Origin: an uncultured Candidatus Saccharibacteria bacterium
GTDB lineage: Bacteria; Patescibacteriota; Saccharimonadia; Saccharimonadales; 2-12-FULL-41-12
Assembly: GCA_964648105.1 (NCBI GenBank)
Contig: CAZYMH010000005.1
Span: 36 to 64,035, forward strand
DNA: 64,000 bases
Direction of reading: 5' to 3'
The position numbers and the translations under genes were made by a program. Under the pieces are notes generated by a model that was not told the DNA's origin, ran no database searches, and was given only the letters and a program-made list of their open reading frames with translations. The stretch's first letter is position 1; every line of letters begins with the position of its first letter. Below are positions 37,916 through 47,952 of the stretch, piece after piece.

Positions 37916-40303
37916 ATGCAAAATTTCGAAAATCCTCTTCATGAGGAAGAACTTCATAAAATTCATAGCTATTGGAGAGCGTCTAATTATATTGCTGTTG
38001 GGCAAATATATCTTAAAGACAACCCCCTTCTAAGAGAGCCTCTAAAACTCAGTCATATAAAAAAGGTTTTACTCGGTCATTGGGGTACTACACCAGGACA
38101 AAATTTTATTTATGTTCATTTAAATCGTGCTATAAAAAAATATGACACCGATATGATTTATCTATCAGGTCCAGGACATGGTGGACCAGCTTTGATGAGC
38201 AACGTGTATTTAGAAGGTTCGTTTACAGATTATTATCCAGATGTTGAGCAAAATGCTAGCGGACTTAAGAAATTTTTCAAAATGTTTTCTTATCCAGGAG
38301 GCTTATCTAGCCACGTATCACCGCAAGTTCCAGGCTCTATTCACGAAGGCGGTGAGTTAGGTTATTCGCTTAGTCATGCTTATGGAGCAATATTAGATAA
38401 CCCTAATTTGATTGCTACTTGCGTAGTTGGTGACGGCGAAGCAGAGACTGGTCCGCTAGCTACTGCCTGGCATTCAAATAAATTCATTAACCCAATCACT
38501 GATGGTGCTGTTTTGCCGATTCTTCATTTGAATGGCTACAAAATCAGCAATCCTAGCTTGCTGGCTCGAATCGAAAAAGAGGAACTGGAGCAATTATTTA
38601 GAGGTTATGGCTATTATCCGTTGTTTGTTGAGGGCGATGACCCACTATATATGCATCAAAAAATGGCTTATGAACTAGATAATGCCATGAACGAAATCAA
38701 ACGTATTCAAAGCAATGCACGAGAAAATAATGATTCGTCACGACCCCGTTGGCCGATGATAATTTTGAATACTCCAAAAGGCTGGACTGGTCCCAAAGAA
38801 GTCGATGGACATAAAATTGAAGGTAATTTTAGGGCTCATCAAGTGCCATTAGTTATCGACGAAAAAAACGAATCTAAGCTCGCTGATTTGGAAGACTGGA
38901 TGAAGAGCTACAAACCTGAAGAATTATTCGATGAATCTGGTCAATTATTTAGTAAATACGCCGAGATAGCTCCGACGGGCAAAAAACGTATGGGTTCCAA
39001 CCCTCATGCAAATGGTGGATTATTACTCCGCGAACTGCATTTACCTGATTTTCGAGATTATGCGGTTGATGTACCATATCCAACTGGTGCTTTGTCGGGC
39101 AACACCCATAATTTAGGTCCATACTTAAGAGACGTAATTAAATTGAATGCAGAAAAACGGAATTTCAGGTTATTTGGGCCTGACGAAACAGTGTCTAATC
39201 GTTTAGAAGCGGTTTTTGAAACAACTAATCGACAATGGCAAGCCCGCACACAAGAGTCGGACGAATTTTTATCACCAGAAGGTTTAGTAATTGACTCTAT
39301 GCTTAGCGAGCATCAATGTCAGGGCTGGATTGAAGGCTATTTATTAACTGGTCGGCATGGTGTATTTCATAGCTATGAAGCATTTATCAGAATTGTCGAT
39401 TCGATGGTCAATCAACACGCTAAATGGATCAAAATGTGTTCTGAACTGCCTTGGCGAGAAAATATAGCTTCGCTAAATTACTTATTAACTTCGCACGTTT
39501 GGCGACAAGATCATAACGGATTTACACACCAAGACCCTGGCTTTATTGATCATTTGGTTAATAAAAAAGCCGCGACAGCTCGGATTTATTTGCCACCAGA
39601 TGCCAACAGCTTGTTATCGGTGATGGACCATTGTCTAAAAAGCAAGAATTACATCAATTTAACAATCTGTGGTAAGCACGATAGTGTTCAGTGGTTAAAT
39701 ATGGAACAAGCGATTGAGCATTGTTCCGAGGGAGTAAGTGTCTGGGATTGGGCCAGCAATGATAATGGTGACCCTGATATTGTTATGGCAGCCGCTGGTG
39801 ATGCTCCGACTCTCGAGATTATGGCGGCGGTGTCGATTATTCGACAGAATTTACCCGAACTCAAAATTAGAGTAGTTAATGTCGTTGATTTGATGCGTTT
39901 GCAACCAGACACTGAACATCCACATGGATTAAGTGACGCTAAATACAACGAAATTTTCACTAAAAATACTTCGATTATCTTTGCCTTTCATGGCTATCCA
40001 TGGTTAATTCACCGCTTGACTTATCGGCGGGCTAACAAAAATATGCATGTAAGAGGTTATGTCGAAGAAGGTACAATCACCACGGCTTTTGATATGACAG
40101 TTATGAACAAAATGGATCGTTTTAATCTAGTAATTGACGCTTTAGAGCGGCTAGCCGAACCAAATGAAGCTAGCGAAAATCTAAAAGAGCAAATGCAAAA
40201 GAAGCTAATCGAACATAAAAACTACATTACTACTCACGGTGAAGATATGCCTGAAGTCCGTGATTGGAAGTGGCAATACGATAGTTCTTTAGTTACTAGT
40301 TAA
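37916..40303 (+). CDS. xfp: Xylulose-5-P/fructose-6-P phosphoketolase
   Basis: About 795 aa with [30 protein letters not shown] and GDGEAETG. The ATG at 37916 is preferred over the upstream GTG. Confidence 0.95.
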   Translation: MQNFENPLHEEELHKIHSYWRASNYIAVGQIYLKDNPLLREPLKLSHIKKVLLGHWGTTPGQNFIYVHLNRAIKKYDTDMIYLSGPGHGGPALMSNVYLEGSFTDYYPDVEQNASGLKKFFKMFSYPGGLSSHVSPQVPGSIHEGGELGYSLSHAYGAILDNPNLIATCVVGDGEAETGPLATAWHSNKFINPITDGAVLPILHLNGYKISNPSLLARIEKEELEQLFRGYGYYPLFVEGDDPLYMHQKMAYELDNAMNEIKRIQSNARENNDSSRPRWPMIILNTPKGWTGPKEVDGHKIEGNFRAHQVPLVIDEKNESKLADLEDWMKSYKPEELFDESGQLFSKYAEIAPTGKKRMGSNPHANGGLLLRELHLPDFRDYAVDVPYPTGALSGNTHNLGPYLRDVIKLNAEKRNFRLFGPDETVSNRLEAVFETTNRQWQARTQESDEFLSPEGLVIDSMLSEHQCQGWIEGYLLTGRHGVFHSYEAFIRIVDSMVNQHAKWIKMCSELPWRENIASLNYLLTSHVWRQDHNGFTHQDPGFIDHLVNKKAATARIYLPPDANSLLSVMDHCLKSKNYINLTICGKHDSVQWLNMEQAIEHCSEGVSVWDWASNDNGDPDIVMAAAGDAPTLEIMAAVSIIRQNLPELKIRVVNVVDLMRLQPDTEHPHGLSDAKYNEIFTKNTSIIFAFHGYPWLIHRLTYRRANKNMHVRGYVEEGTITTAFDMTVMNKMDRFNLVIDALERLAEPNEASENLKEQMQKKLIEHKNYITTHGEDMPEVRDWKWQYDSSLVTS

Positions 40304-41225
40304 ATAAGTTATTCGTAAAGTCTTTGACACGCTTTTTATGGCGGTGATAATGCGGGTGCATATAATCATAATATTTGGCAGCCAAATAAGATTTAGTAGG
40401 CCTAGACAATTTATAGGCAATAACAGCGTAAAGACTACCGAGTAATTCGTCGAATAAATAATGTTCACCCATATAAACTGTGCCAAAATAAATCCCTAGC
40501 GGGTAAAACAAGGTTAAATGCCGCCACTTTGATTTGAAGATTTTTGCTACAAAAATATATATTAGTGTTGCGTATGCGGCATGTAGTGATGGCACAGCAG
40601 CAACTAAATTTGGAGAAATTTCGTTATAAAGAGATGGAAAATCTTTGATTCCCATTGCCCACCAAACATCGCTAGATATTCTGTGAATTGGTTCAATTAT
40701 GCCATTTTGGCTAGCCAACCAAGGCGGTGCAGCAGGATAAATAACGTAAGTAATAAATCCTGCCAAGGATAATATCCCAAACGCAGTTACATACCGCCAA
40801 TAATAGCTCGGTGCCTTTCTCCAAATAAATATAAGTAGCGTAATTGGTAACAGAAAATGCAGCATATATATGCCATAAAGCAAAAAATCGTACCATCTGA
40901 CCGATCCGTTCCAAAAAACATTTTGCAGTAGGGTCGTTGGTAAATGTCCAAATGAGATAAATTTATCAAATTCAGGCATAAAGTGGTAGTTGACATTAGA
41001 GTTTAGATAATCAGCAAAGCCCCTGAAAGTGTCATAAATTAACATTATTAAAATAAATGGTGACACTCGTTTGATTGTCTCGATGGCTTCGTTGAAGGCT
41101 AGACCTGCAAAAAATGCCAAAATTAGTAGTTTATCAGGAGTTGGAAAACTAGGATTTTTTAAATAGGTATATACCCAGACAATTACACCACATACACCTA
41201 ATATTCTTAATATATTTTTTTGCAT
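40296..41225 (-). CDS. PAP2-superfamily membrane protein (PAP2_3 / inositolphosphotransferase-like)
   Basis: 309 aa, polytopic. It has VPSLHAAYA and [11 protein letters not shown], the C2/C3 phosphatase motifs. Confidence 0.7.
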   Translation of the reverse strand: MQKNILRILGVCGVIVWVYTYLKNPSFPTPDKLLILAFFAGLAFNEAIETIKRVSPFILIMLIYDTFRGFADYLNSNVNYHFMPEFDKFISFGHLPTTLLQNVFWNGSVRWYDFLLYGIYMLHFLLPITLLIFIWRKAPSYYWRYVTAFGILSLAGFITYVIYPAAPPWLASQNGIIEPIHRISSDVWWAMGIKDFPSLYNEISPNLVAAVPSLHAAYATLIYIFVAKIFKSKWRHLTLFYPLGIYFGTVYMGEHYLFDELLGSLYAVIAYKLSRPTKSYLAAKYYDYMHPHYHRHKKRVKDFTNNLFN

Positions 41226-41267
41226 ACTTTTTTAGAATAATTATTAGGCATATTGCTTAATATTTGC

Positions 41268-41570
41268 TTAACTAGCCTTGTTATTTAATCTTGTTTTAAT
41301 ATTTTGGTACAAAGTTATTTCTTTGCCTGTAATCATAGCACTATGAAGCTTTTCGGAGACATATTGCATGCCTGTAGGACCGTGAGTGAGTAAAATAGTA
41401 TTACTTCCTGCTATTCGGTCGACCAAAGGAATCTTAATATTTAGACCAGAATTTGAAACTTTTTTGATTTTATTAAATCGTACGATTACAGAGGCGGTTT
41501 GTTGGACGACAGTATAAACACCTGAAAGAATTATTACTACTATAATTACTGCAAAGAATACAAAGTCCAT
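41268..41570 (-). CDS. Truncated SPFH/band-7 (stomatin/HflC-like) protein, N-terminal fragment only
   Basis: 100 aa. A TM plus GVYTVVQQTASVIVRFNKIKKVSNSGLNIKIPLVDRIAG matches the SPFH N-terminus. The remaining ~60 aa are unrelated, and the rest of the domain is absent in all frames. Confidence 0.5.
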   Translation of the reverse strand: MDFVFFAVIIVVIILSGVYTVVQQTASVIVRFNKIKKVSNSGLNIKIPLVDRIAGSNTILLTHGPTGMQYVSEKLHSAMITGKEITLYQNIKTRLNNKAS

Positions 41571-41618
41571 TTAACCTCCTTTAGTAAATATATTTTAGCA
41601 TAATTTTTATAATAACTA

Positions 41619-42848
41619 ATGTATAATGCATACGAAATGAACGATGATATTAAGCGACCAAAAACGGCTAATAAACAGTTTGATGTAAATAGAACTTTAT
41701 CGACATATCGACCCGATATTACCAAACATAACCCAAGGAGAGTAAATAATAACCAAGTTAGACTGCCTATAGCAAAACCTTCAAATATCGAAGATCAATC
41801 TGTTGAGAAAAGTCGATTCAAAAAAATTTTGTTACGCTCTACTATATTGTTTTTGTTAATTATTATTATTTTGCCATCGGTTTTTATTTTTTGGAACCTC
41901 AAAAATGCATCTTATGCCTCGAAAAAAATGTTTGGTAGCTCGTCGGCAGCGGCTGGTTTGATACCCAAAGAACTTAAAACTTCTGAAGGAAGGACAAATA
42001 TTCTTTTGATTGGTTATTCGGCAGATGACGAGGGTCATGCTGGGGCGAATTTGACCGACTCGATCATGATTGTCAGTTTAGACAAGTCCAAAAAAACAGG
42101 CTATATGCTAAGTGTACCCAGAGATTTATATGTCAAAATTACCGATTATGGTTATGGCAAAATAAACGAAGCTTACGAAGCTGGTGAGGCACAAAAGTTC
42201 TCGGAAACAGGCTACCCAGTTAACGGAGTGGGAATGCTCGAGAAAGTTGTAAGCCAAATTTTTGATATCAAAATAAATTATTATACTCTGATTAATTATG
42301 GAGCTGTCAGGGATTTAACTAATTCACTGGGTGGAATTACAGTTAATATTGAAAGTCCTGACCCGAGAGGTATTTATGACCCTAATTTCAAACCTCAAGA
42401 AGGAGGTCCGCTTAAACTAACAAATGGCACTCACAAAATCGATGGTCAAACTGCTCTCAGGTTAACTAGAGCCAGAGGTTCAACGTATGGCTCTTATGGC
42501 TTTCCCCAGTCAGATTTCAATCGTGTCCAAAACCAGCAAAAAGTTTTTGCCGCAATCCGCAATCAAATGAACACGTCGTTACTGATTAATCCAACCAAAA
42601 ACAAGCCATTTTTTGACGCAGTAGCCAATAATATTCAAACCGATTTAGATATTCACGAAGTTTTACCGTTGTTTTTACTATTTAGATCGATAAATGATAG
42701 TCAACTTAAATCAGTAGACTTAACTAAAGCTAATGGCCAAAATTTACTTGAAAGTTACCAAACTCGCTATGGCCAATCAGCCTTAGTGCCTGCTGCTGGC
42801 AACGAAGATTATTCTGAACTACGAAAATATATTAAATCTCTCCAGTAA
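41619..42848 (+). CDS. LytR-CpsA-Psr (LCP) family cell-wall glycopolymer transferase
   Basis: 409 aa. A TM is followed by ILLIGYSAD, TDSIMIVSLD, SVPRDLYV, INYYTLINYGAVRDLTNSLGGITV and RLTRAR. Confidence 0.88.
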   Translation: MYNAYEMNDDIKRPKTANKQFDVNRTLSTYRPDITKHNPRRVNNNQVRLPIAKPSNIEDQSVEKSRFKKILLRSTILFLLIIIILPSVFIFWNLKNASYASKKMFGSSSAAAGLIPKELKTSEGRTNILLIGYSADDEGHAGANLTDSIMIVSLDKSKKTGYMLSVPRDLYVKITDYGYGKINEAYEAGEAQKFSETGYPVNGVGMLEKVVSQIFDIKINYYTLINYGAVRDLTNSLGGITVNIESPDPRGIYDPNFKPQEGGPLKLTNGTHKIDGQTALRLTRARGSTYGSYGFPQSDFNRVQNQQKVFAAIRNQMNTSLLINPTKNKPFFDAVANNIQTDLDIHEVLPLFLLFRSINDSQLKSVDLTKANGQNLLESYQTRYGQSALVPAAGNEDYSELRKYIKSLQ

Positions 42849-42850
42849 TC

Positions 42851-43198
42851 TTAATTTGACATACTAAGTGGTACATAATCGGGACAGACAGTTTGTGCAT
42901 TAAATTCACGGATCGCTCTTTCGATTGAGTTGGTAATCATTCTATCGAAAGAAGTGATTACTTCATCTGGCACTGTTCGATGTATTTCGGCTTGGTAAGC
43001 GTTAGACATAATTTCTTCGATACCACCTGCTTTTTCGACAATATCTTTATCAAATAAACGAAGTTTAGGTGTAATATCAATTGTTGAAAGCGGGTCTTTC
43101 GGCATATCTGTTTGTAAGTGATTATACTCTGGTGAGTTGGGGTAAATATTTATTACTGCTGTTGGTGATTTTAAGCGTTCGTGCATACGGTTATCCAT
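42851..43198 (-). CDS. Hypothetical 115-aa soluble protein
   Basis: It has a good SD (AAGGA, 7-nt spacing). No family was recognised. Confidence 0.6.
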   Translation of the reverse strand: MDNRMHERLKSPTAVINIYPNSPEYNHLQTDMPKDPLSTIDITPKLRLFDKDIVEKAGGIEEIMSNAYQAEIHRTVPDEVITSFDRMITNSIERAIREFNAQTVCPDYVPLSMSN

Positions 43199-43230
43199 TT
43201 TTTTATCCTTTTATGGCATTTATTGATTAT

Positions 43231-43273
43231 TAAATTAAAAAAAGACTTCTTATCTAAATTGGTTGGAAGTCTT
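43231..43273 (-). terminator. Intrinsic terminator inside the 5' leader of the 115-aa gene
   Basis: The minus-strand RNA reads AAGACUUC, a 16-nt loop, GAAGUCUU and then UUUUUAAUUU. It ends about 20 nt upstream of the SD of gene 42851-43198. Confidence 0.6.
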
Positions 43274-43295
43274 GTTTCTCGGGCTATACTTGATT

Positions 43296-43391
43296 TTATA
43301 TGTTTTTCGACTCCAACCAACTATAAGCACAGCCCCATACGAGTGTAATGTAGGTAAATGACATGTGTTGTTGATTGAAGTTAAAAGTCAT
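43296..43391 (-). CDS. Candidate 31-aa leader peptide (MTFNFNQQHMSFTYITLVWGCAYSWLESKNI)
   Basis: The ATG starts 7 nt after the -10 box, so the transcript would be leaderless or nearly so. The ORF covers the 5' arm of the antiterminator. Confidence 0.3.
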   Translation of the reverse strand: MTFNFNQQHMSFTYITLVWGCAYSWLESKNI

Positions 43392-43398
43392 AAGCTTA

Positions 43399-43427
43399 TA
43401 TATAACTAAATTTACATATAATGTCAA
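43399..43427 (-). promoter_or_regulatory. Near-consensus sigma-70-type promoter facing the 115-aa gene
   Basis: The minus strand reads TTGACA, a 17-nt spacer, then TATATA. Confidence 0.55.
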
Positions 43428-43477
43428 ATTTTTTTTGCAAAAGCCCCTAAACTTCGCTAAGCTATAAAGTAGTCAAT

Positions 43478-44242
43478 ATGAAAAGAAAAATTGTTAAACC
43501 ACATCATTCCTCGCTTCGCTCAATTGCTGCCGAAGAAAAACTGGCGTTATGGCAACTTGATGATGCTGATATAAAGAAACGTATCAAAAGAATCAATCTT
43601 GATTTTGCCAATGCTTTTAAATTACTCAGACAAAACACGGATACTGTTACCTTTTTTGGGTCGGCTAGATTTGACGAAAATAATCGTTACTATATTCAGG
43701 CCCGCAATTTGGCACGTAAAATTTCTCAAGAGCTTAAACTGACAATTGTATCTGGTGGCGGCCCAGGCATTATGGAAGCAGCAAATCGTGGTGCTAGTGA
43801 AGCCTGTAGTGACCCAGGCCATGAACATTACGACAAAAAAGCCCCACTAATTTGTGGCAGTTCGCTGGCTATGACGATCCAACTACCCAAAGAGCAAGCA
43901 ACTAATCCGTATGTTAAACATTCGGCGGCCTTTTATTATTTTTTCAGTCGTAAAGTCGCTCTCGTTTACTCAGCTCGAGCCTATGTTTATTTTCCTGGTG
44001 GCTTCGGAACATTAGACGAATTCTTCGAAGTCTTAACTCTAAAACAAACTGGCAAAATAGCTGACATACCAATTATTTTATGCGGCAAAGAATATTGGCA
44101 GCCATTATTAAGTTACCTTGAAGAAACTCTTTATGAAAAAACCGACTCCATCTCGAAAAATGATCTGAACTTATATGTTTTATCTGATAATGATGATGAA
44201 ATTGTCCGAATAATTAAAGACTCTAAAGTTAAGCCACTTTAG
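43478..44242 (+). CDS. LOG-family (TIGR00730) nucleotide phosphoribohydrolase
   Basis: 254 aa with GGGPGIMEAANRGA and PGGFGTLDEFFE, the PGGxGTxxE motif. Confidence 0.85.
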   Translation: MKRKIVKPHHSSLRSIAAEEKLALWQLDDADIKKRIKRINLDFANAFKLLRQNTDTVTFFGSARFDENNRYYIQARNLARKISQELKLTIVSGGGPGIMEAANRGASEACSDPGHEHYDKKAPLICGSSLAMTIQLPKEQATNPYVKHSAAFYYFFSRKVALVYSARAYVYFPGGFGTLDEFFEVLTLKQTGKIADIPIILCGKEYWQPLLSYLEETLYEKTDSISKNDLNLYVLSDNDDEIVRIIKDSKVKPL

Positions 44243-44279
44243 ATTATTAATTTAACCTTAAATTAGGCATCAATTAACT

Positions 44280-44684
44280 TTAATGTGTAACTAATTTTTT
44301 GAGAGTTTTTGCGTCGTCAATCATTTTTTGAATTTCGCCAGCTGATGGCACACGATTGACTAAGTTTTTCTTTGTGTTAATTTCGACTAATTTTTCGTAT
44401 AAATTCTCGGCATTGCGATTTGCCAGCTCACTCGGACTATCAACGCCAGCATTCTCGAGTAAATCTGAGAATTCTTCGCCAATTCCTTTTACCCTAAATA
44501 AATCAGCACGATTAACCCACTCCAATAATTTTGCTTCACTGACACCAATTTGATCACTCAAATTTTTACGTCCAGATTTTGAAGCAGCAACTTCTAGTAA
44601 TTTTTCGGTGGTTCTCACACCTACGTTAGCTAATTTATCGGCGTTTTTCCCACCAATACCTTCGATATCAATTAAACTTGCCAT
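44280..44684 (-). CDS. DUF4332-type tandem helix-hairpin-helix protein
   Basis: 134 aa with two HhH-like units, IEGIGGKNADKL and VKGIGEEFSDLL. Confidence 0.6.
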   Translation of the reverse strand: MASLIDIEGIGGKNADKLANVGVRTTEKLLEVAASKSGRKNLSDQIGVSEAKLLEWVNRADLFRVKGIGEEFSDLLENAGVDSPSELANRNAENLYEKLVEINTKKNLVNRVPSAGEIQKMIDDAKTLKKLVTH

Positions 44685-44731
44685 AAAAACCTCCTTCGAT
44701 TAACAATATTTATTATACTCCAATCTACAAG

Positions 44732-46576
44732 CTATTGATTAGAATTTGACGTTTTTTGCTCGTATTTTGTGCCGTCGGATAATATGGCTGTTAAAACATA
44801 TTCTTGGCACTTGGTTTTATTGGGCTGACAGTTTGTGGCAATATAACTATATCGTTCAGGAGTAGGAGTATTTACGAATGTATATTCAATTCCTTTCGGA
44901 TCTCTAAATATTTGGTCATCAGTAACTTTCAGATTTGTTTTAACCCATACTCGGTTAGTGATATCGGTAGATGACGGGTAAGCCCCTTCTCGAGCAAAAT
45001 ATTCCTCTAAGAAAGTACTAAATAACAATAAATCATTTTTTCGTTCTTTGTCATCTGAATTGACATTTAAATTTTTGAATATTGAATCTTTGGCATTGAT
45101 AAAATCTTTAGGTTTATCAAGCGTTATATCGGATTTGTAAGGTTTAGACTCGATATTCACTTTTCCACTAATTTTATCTGTATCGCTACCAGCATTACCA
45201 CTACCATCGAATTTAGTTGTTAAATTCTTGAAATTTGATTTGAAAGTTAGCTTAATCTCTGTAGCATCACTAGAAGTATTGATGTAATTTACAAAAAACT
45301 CAACTTCATCGCCACCACTATAATTTTGACCGAAATCAACATACCGTTGTGCAGAATTATCATCATAAATTCTAATTTTATGAATTAGTTTGTAGCGTGC
45401 ATCAATCCATAAATCAAATTCTTGGCTAGTGGATTTTTTGTTTACTTCGTCTGATGTAGCATCACATTCTTTTTTGGCATTATTAATATCATCTTGATTT
45501 TTTAGATATATTTTGCCTATTTTAGTCTGAGTAGCTACATCGATCACCGCTTTACACATGTCTCGCACGTGAGCTTGATTGATGCTAGCTTTGTAATGAT
45601 AGGCTTTTTTGCCCTCGCTGATCTCCATGCCGACAAAACCTTTTTTATCAATAATTGCCTTATTAATGTCATCAGTAAAGATGTATTGATTGGCAACAGT
45701 CACCATTTGTTTACTAAAGTCCGATATGTCTTTAGAACTGATAGTATAATCTTTTTTGGGTTCTTCATTTGTAATTGATTTGAAGTAATCTGAAATCGTC
45801 TGATTATCGATGAAAATCCATTTATTTTCGTATTTTGACAGTTCGGCATCTGATTCTATCTCGCCCAAAGATTTGAGGCCGTTGAATTTCAAAAATACAT
45901 CTGGATATAGTTTATTTTGAGCCACCTCTGACAATAAATTTATTGATAATTTTTGTTCTTGGTCACCTTGATTGTCTCTTGAAAACAGTACTTCCCCAAT
46001 TACTTTATTTTCATCATATTTAGCATTCATCGACCCAGTGGCAGTAGAATCTTTAGTAGTAAGGTTAAAATTACCATTAATTTCTGATTTTTTGTAATTT
46101 TTTAGTGAATTTTCATCTAGACTTTTGTTGGTAATGGTTTGCAATGCAGTTCCAGTTCGACTAAAACCAGTTTTCCAAGCATTTTCTGGTTTATTGGGAA
46201 TGTAAATAAAATACATATAAGCGGCTGCCAATAAACCTAGCAGAATAACAACTGAAAGTAGTAATATGATTAGCTTTTTCTTAGATTTTTTAGTTATTTG
46301 TGAGCTAACATTTATAGGGGTGGACGGTTGAAATGAATTGGTTTTATTTTGTACAACTGATTGACTACTCAATTGAGTATTATCATGAGCTGGTAGTGAT
46401 GAATTATTAGAAACGGTTGGTTGAGCTATGTCGCTACTTGGCCTAAAACTAGGATTAGACGGCGAAAAAACCGAACTATCTATCTGACTATTTTCGGGAG
46501 CGGTAGTTTGATCATGAGAATTGTTACTATCTGAATTATTTTCCCATGGATTTGATGGATTATTATCTTCTTTCAT
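44732..46576 (-). CDS. Large membrane-anchored surface protein (paralogue of 25546-27453) with a C-terminal type IV pilin-like globular domain
   Basis: 614 aa with the same block pattern as the paralogue. The last ~108 aa read ERKNDLLLFSTFLEEYFAREGAYPSS...NCQPNKTKC, which resembles the pilin RKxDL...LExY...GxYP motif plus a Cys-Cys loop. Confidence 0.7.
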   Translation of the reverse strand: MKEDNNPSNPWENNSDSNNSHDQTTAPENSQIDSSVFSPSNPSFRPSSDIAQPTVSNNSSLPAHDNTQLSSQSVVQNKTNSFQPSTPINVSSQITKKSKKKLIILLLSVVILLGLLAAAYMYFIYIPNKPENAWKTGFSRTGTALQTITNKSLDENSLKNYKKSEINGNFNLTTKDSTATGSMNAKYDENKVIGEVLFSRDNQGDQEQKLSINLLSEVAQNKLYPDVFLKFNGLKSLGEIESDAELSKYENKWIFIDNQTISDYFKSITNEEPKKDYTISSKDISDFSKQMVTVANQYIFTDDINKAIIDKKGFVGMEISEGKKAYHYKASINQAHVRDMCKAVIDVATQTKIGKIYLKNQDDINNAKKECDATSDEVNKKSTSQEFDLWIDARYKLIHKIRIYDDNSAQRYVDFGQNYSGGDEVEFFVNYINTSSDATEIKLTFKSNFKNLTTKFDGSGNAGSDTDKISGKVNIESKPYKSDITLDKPKDFINAKDSIFKNLNVNSDDKERKNDLLLFSTFLEEYFAREGAYPSSTDITNRVWVKTNLKVTDDQIFRDPKGIEYTFVNTPTPERYSYIATNCQPNKTKCQEYVLTAILSDGTKYEQKTSNSNQ

Positions 46577-46682
46577 TTGCTCCCCTTATATAAGTAAGAT
46601 TATCTGTGTTTATAATACCATAAGTGTTTTAATAAGTTGCATGTAAATGTTAGAATATAAACATTAGTCGTAAGGAGGAAAA

Positions 46683-46928
46683 ATGGCAATAACAATATAT
46701 AGTACTCACACTTGTGGATTTTGTAATATGCTAAAAAATTATTTAGATTCAAAAGATATTAAATATGATGTTAAATATGCTGACGACAATCCAAAATACG
46801 CCGAAGAATTGTTCGAAAAAAGTGGCCAAATGGGTGTACCGTTTACGATAATCGATGATGGCGATAATCAAACTAAAATACTAGGTTTTGATAAACCTAA
46901 ATTCGATAAAGTTCTTGATATCAAATAA
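46683..46928 (+). CDS. Glutaredoxin-like protein (NrdH/YruB type)
   Basis: 81 aa with the CGFC redox motif near the N-terminus and GVPFT later. The SD is AAGGAGG. Confidence 0.8.
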   Translation: MAITIYSTHTCGFCNMLKNYLDSKDIKYDVKYADDNPKYAEELFEKSGQMGVPFTIIDDGDNQTKILGFDKPKFDKVLDIK

Positions 46929-46939
46929 GTGATTATTAG

Positions 46940-47941
46940 ATGTTAAACAAGTTTTTTTACTCTTTAGGCTTTGGCTTATTCAGAATATTACTTTATCTAA
47001 CACTAGTTTTTATTGCGATCTTTATCTTTATTAGCTCACCTAATTCACTAAAAAATGCTTTAAATAAATCGAAAAGCTATCAAACTTTACCAGAGGTGGT
47101 TTACACTGAATCCGTTAAGCAAAACCAAACTTTAGATAAATCTCTTCCAATAAATGACCCAAAAATCAAAGAAATTTTCTTGAGTTCTTTCACTCAAAAT
47201 GATGCTCGTTATTTTATTAATTCAATTATCGATGGAAATTATAATTGGTTAACTTCTAAAACTAGTTCAGTAAATTATACGATCGATTTGTCAAATCAAA
47301 GCAATGATTTTGCTAACAAAATTGCTGATTATGGTCTAGAAAAATATTTAAAATTACCGCAATGTTACAATTTGCCAAAAGGTGATTCATTGTTTACGGC
47401 AGAATGCCGATCGGTTTACGTAAATACCGATCGTGTCAAGCAAAATATCAATCAAACACTACAGTCAAATTCTATTTTACCCAGTCAAATCAATCAAGAT
47501 TATTTTTCCAACCAATTTAACTTCTCTCAAAAATATCCTGATGCACCTAAATACTTCAAATTTGTAAAATTATTACTAATTGCTATTACGTGCGTTACCT
47601 TGCTTTTGGGCATTATTCTGATCGTGTTATCTTCGCGTAAATTACATACATTATTTCGGATTTCAAAATCATTCCTGACAGCTGGATTATTCGTAATTTT
47701 CTTACCAATAATATACAGATTTATATTACCTAAGTTTGGTTTTGATCTGTTTGAGATAAAAACCGATGAAATAAGCGTTTATACTTTGCTTACAAACCTT
47801 AGCAGCAGTTTAATTGATCAAGTATTTACCTCTATGCTCTATGTTGGTAGTTTAGCGACACTGATTGGTTTAGTTGGCTATCTTGGGTTAAAATTCTTTG
47901 CCAAAAACGACATAGAAGATAGTTATAAAACGCTTGTATAG
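46940..47941 (+). CDS. Membrane protein, unknown function
   Basis: 333 aa. An N-terminal TM is followed by a ~170-aa extracytoplasmic segment and several C-terminal TMs. Confidence 0.55.
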   Translation: MLNKFFYSLGFGLFRILLYLTLVFIAIFIFISSPNSLKNALNKSKSYQTLPEVVYTESVKQNQTLDKSLPINDPKIKEIFLSSFTQNDARYFINSIIDGNYNWLTSKTSSVNYTIDLSNQSNDFANKIADYGLEKYLKLPQCYNLPKGDSLFTAECRSVYVNTDRVKQNINQTLQSNSILPSQINQDYFSNQFNFSQKYPDAPKYFKFVKLLLIAITCVTLLLGIILIVLSSRKLHTLFRISKSFLTAGLFVIFLPIIYRFILPKFGFDLFEIKTDEISVYTLLTNLSSSLIDQVFTSMLYVGSLATLIGLVGYLGLKFFAKNDIEDSYKTLV

Positions 47942-47952
47942 TAGAAAATAAA

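Noticed and set aside
43296-43391. Interpreting the leader peptide as a tryptophan-sensing attenuator because of its two Trp codons
   Set aside because: The Trp codons are not tandem, the downstream gene shows no link to Trp metabolism, and the sensed signal cannot be inferred from sequence alone. Only the structural attenuator hypothesis is retained.
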